A stretch of DNA of 17,698 nt from an uncultured archaeon (lineage in GTDB: Archaea; Iainarchaeota; Iainarchaeia; Iainarchaeales; 0-14-0-20-30-16): assembly GCA_964480435.1 (NCBI GenBank), contig CAYZSS010000013.1:1-17698 (forward strand), read 5' to 3'. The number at the start of each line of letters is the position of its first letter. The stretch's first letter is position 1. Position numbers and translations under genes: made by a program. Shown one piece after another: positions 15,600 to 17,698 of this stretch. A model generated the notes under the pieces. It was not told where the DNA came from. It did not search any database and was given only the letters and a program-made list of their open reading frames with translations.

Positions 15600-16562
15600 T
15601 TACGGCCAATTTCTTTTAAACCAGTAAACTCTTTTGTGTCTTCCATCAAAAACAGTTATTCCATAAGAAGAATCAGCTTTAACAAAAACTACTGGAGAAA
15701 GATATAGCCCAATTACTTTTCCATTATCAAACAAAGGGTTAGTAACATCAAATATGTGCCAAATACCATCCAATTTTACTAAGTTAAAAGCACGAGGTCC
15801 ATTTTCTGCTATTTGCCCACCATTTTCATCTGTATGCTCCAGTTTTATTTCTCCCACAACATACCTTGATTCAATCCCTAATTCCTGTAAAATTAATTGT
15901 GCAAGCATAGAAAGTTCTGAACACATTCCAACTTTTTCTTTTACAAATTCTGATAACTTTTGTGCTGAATCTATTTCAGAATCATAGGTCCTATCCGAAA
16001 TTAATTGTCTCTTTGCTTCACTCTGTTCAAAAGAAGCATATAAGAACTTTGCAACTAAAGCAATTTCTGTTTTTTGGGTTTTAGGAAGATGTGGAGCAGA
16101 ACCAGAATAAGTTTCAATATATTTTTTAACATCAGATATTAATTTTTTTATTTCTTGGCTGTTAGGGTCTATCTTTGTTGCATGCCCAAATGGAGAAATA
16201 GGTAACACATCCCCTTCTTGTAATTCTTTTATAATTCCCCCTCTAAATATCCCCACTGCATCAGAACCATGGCTTTCAGCAGAAACATATTTATCCATAA
16301 ATTTTGCTGCCCTAAAATTTGTTATAGCTCCTCTTGCAAGCAAAATTTTTTCTTTAAAAAGAGGATCTGATTTTATTTTTCTTACTGCTTCTTTTATTTT
16401 TTCTGGATCAGATAAAGTTCCAAATTCTAAACCAAAAAGAGATTCTAATACAGCCATGCTATTTTCTTTTCTTCCATGTGTAGTTTCAGGAGTTAATTTA
16501 TGATCCTTTACCAAATCAGCAATTCTTGCTCTTACTTCCGGCTTTAATTCTCTAAATGGCAT
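15600..16562 (-). CDS. Hypothetical protein with a C-terminal transglutaminase-like (papain-fold) core
   Basis: KVGMCSELSMLAQLILQELGIESRYVVGE ... RAFNLVKLDGIWHIFDVTN parallels the transglutaminase-core pattern G.C..fa.l....R.lGIpaRyV.G ... HAW.EV...g.W..fDpT. The N-terminal ~200 aa were not recognised. Confidence 0.55.
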   Translation of the reverse strand: MPFRELKPEVRARIADLVKDHKLTPETTHGRKENSMAVLESLFGLEFGTLSDPEKIKEAVRKIKSDPLFKEKILLARGAITNFRAAKFMDKYVSAESHGSDAVGIFRGGIIKELQEGDVLPISPFGHATKIDPNSQEIKKLISDVKKYIETYSGSAPHLPKTQKTEIALVAKFLYASFEQSEAKRQLISDRTYDSEIDSAQKLSEFVKEKVGMCSELSMLAQLILQELGIESRYVVGEIKLEHTDENGGQIAENGPRAFNLVKLDGIWHIFDVTNPLFDNGKVIGLYLSPVVFVKADSSYGITVFDGRHKRVYWFKRNWP

Positions 16563-16574
16563 AAAAATCCCTTA

Positions 16575-16615
16575 CAATAGTTTACTTCCATTTTCTGCTT
16601 TCTTTTCTAAACAGG
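16575..16615. repeat. Direct repeat copy A: a displaced or duplicated 3' end of the csaA-like gene
   Basis: It contains tttacttccattttctgcttt (16581-16601), identical to 17440-17460. On the minus strand it still reads ...LEKKAENGSKLL-stop, compared with the gene's real end ...PEKKAENGSKLY-stop. Confidence 0.8.
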
Positions 16616-16619
16616 TTAT

Positions 16620-16805
16620 TCACCAAACAGATAAACCTTTCATTTTAAGATATTGTTCTTTAGTATAATTTGCAGATTTTATTGAAGAATTTATTATTAC
16701 ATTTTGTTGTTTAGACCAATCAAGGTCATCATGAGTTTTTACATAGTCCGCCCACAATTTAACAAACTTCATTCTTTCCCCATTATTTTCCGAAATAAAA
16801 CTCAT
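16620..16805 (-). CDS. Small hypothetical protein (61 aa, or 50 aa from ATG 16772), second gene of the NTase cassette
   Basis: The ORF overlaps the NTase gene by 23 nt if it starts at 16805. The internal ATG 16772 (MKFVKLWADYV...) has a GGGGA Shine-Dalgarno site 6 nt upstream and lies 10 nt after the NTase stop. No family was recognised. Confidence 0.45.
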   Translation of the reverse strand: MSFISENNGERMKFVKLWADYVKTHDDLDWSKQQNVIINSSIKSANYTKEQYLKMKGLSVW

Positions 16806-17367
16806 TTAACATCACCGCATATTTTTTTATTAATTCGTTACTAAGGTGTCCATACGCAACAGCCCGTATGTGTTGCGCATCTTCTAAATCTTTAGGAGAC
16901 TTTAGAACTTGTTCTTTAAAAGCAATCTGCAATTCTAAACAAGAAATAATAATTTGTTTATCTTTCACCATAATCTCAATAGGCCTAGATAAAGCAAGTT
17001 CATCAAAAGGAGTCTTTACAAATTTTACTTCCATATTTGGAATTATCGTATCTTTTTTTGCAAATCTTACTGAAACATTATTTTTCAAATAATCATAAGC
17101 TTCTTTATAGTCATCAGTATTAAGACAGTAAAAATCATTAGCGTATAACTCCTTGCACAAAGCCTTAAAAGAGATAAAATTTAACTTAGGAACTATTAAG
17201 TCAATGTCTTCACTTGCCCTAGATCTCCCCAATAGGATCGCCACATAACCGCTAATAATTACATATTTTGAGTGAGGTTCTAAAATCTTTAAAAAATCGA
17301 GTGTAAAGTTATCCAAATCAGACAATTCTCTATCTAGCTTTATTTTTGATTTAGATACAAACTCCAT
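16783..17367 (-). CDS. Nucleotidyltransferase-fold protein (minimal NTase, MNT/AbiEii/DUF6036-like)
   Basis: VIISGYVAILLGRSRASEDIDLIVP fits the pol-beta NTase signature G[GS]-x(9-13)-DhD. At 194 aa, its size is typical of toxin-antitoxin or abortive-infection NTases. Confidence 0.55.
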   Translation of the reverse strand: MEFVSKSKIKLDRELSDLDNFTLDFLKILEPHSKYVIISGYVAILLGRSRASEDIDLIVPKLNFISFKALCKELYANDFYCLNTDDYKEAYDYLKNNVSVRFAKKDTIIPNMEVKFVKTPFDELALSRPIEIMVKDKQIIISCLELQIAFKEQVLKSPKDLEDAQHIRAVAYGHLSNELIKKYAVMLNEFYFGK

Positions 17368-17430
17368 ATAGTAAAATAGACTGTTTCTTTTTAAAATAGT
17401 ATCGAATTTAGCCCTTAAAACACCACTAAA

Positions 17431-17698
17431 TCAATATAATTTACTTCCATTTTCTGCTTTTTTCTCAGGGACTGCTAATACAACCCCTTTATCTGTATAG
17501 AATCCAGTTGTTAAAACTTCAGAAAAAAATTTACCTATTTGTTTAGGAGGAAAATTAGTTACACATATTACTTGCTTACCAATTAATTCTTCTTTTTTAT
17601 ACAAAGCAACAATTTGTACACTGGAATTTTTTATTCCAATTTCTTTACCAAAATCTATTTTCAATTTATACGCTGGTTTCTTAGCCTCAGGATAATTT
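17431..17698 (-). CDS. csaA: CsaA-type tRNA-binding-domain protein (EMAP/Trbp111 OB fold), C-terminal part; the gene continues beyond the window end
   Basis: The frame is open to the window edge: NYPEAKKPAYKLKIDFGKEIGIKNSSVQIVALYKKEELIGKQVICVTNFPPKQIGKFFSEVLTTGF. This matches the CsaA pattern FPEArKPAYKl.iDFG.eiG.K.SSaQIt..Y..EeLiG.qV..VvNFpPkqIg.f.SEVL. The track 'M' at 17664 is a TTG Leu codon. Confidence 0.85.
   Translation of the reverse strand, partial: NYPEAKKPAYKLKIDFGKEIGIKNSSVQIVALYKKEELIGKQVICVTNFPPKQIGKFFSEVLTTGFYTDKGVVLAVPEKKAENGSKLY
17432..17469. repeat. Direct repeat copy B, the authentic 3' end of the csaA-like gene
   Basis: It shares the 21-nt perfect core (17440-17460) and imperfect flanks (caata..., ...ttct..cagg) with 16575-16615. 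Confidence 0.8.

Overview
The window is visibly AT-rich and looks archaeal, possibly from a small-genome or DPANN-like uncultivated lineage. Lineage is inferred only from gene content: an archaeal/eukaryal-type TrpRS, an Sm-like protein, a LabA-type NYN protein, an archaeal-type MinD, LAGLIDADG inteins, TATA-like promoters and GTGAT Shine-Dalgarno motifs. No database search was possible. Gene order: the 5' part of gyrA (-), a divergent promoter region, then trpS (+) coupled to an unknown ORF whose last ~45 codons are tandemly duplicated out of frame, then a membrane/coiled-coil ORF (+). From 3770 to the window end every gene is on the minus strand. Locus A (3770-7672) holds a C39-like cysteine peptidase, a DUF3850/ASCH-like protein, a HerA/DUF87-type ATPase interrupted by an intein, and a class-I O-methyltransferase. 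A 250-nt hairpin-dense spacer follows. Locus B (7927-14419) is a tightly packed six-gene operon: a giant HerA/FtsK-superfamily ATPase (second intein, acidic N-terminal tail, 316-aa C-terminal extension with a wHTH-like motif), a NYN nuclease-fold protein, two uncharacterised small proteins, a MinD/ParA ATPase with a C-terminal amphipathic tail, and an Sm-like protein. After that come a divergent fold-type-II PLP enzyme, a transglutaminase-like protein, and an ~0.85-kb two-gene nucleotidyltransferase cassette. That cassette is bracketed by a direct repeat that duplicates the 3' end of a csaA-like tRNA-binding gene, which is partial at the window end. The best candidates for something new are three: the HerA-NYN-x-x-MinD-Sm operon, the two paralogous ATPases with full-length inteins at two different positions of the same Walker-A loop, and the repeat-flanked NTase cassette. 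I saw no rRNA, tRNA or CRISPR array by eye.
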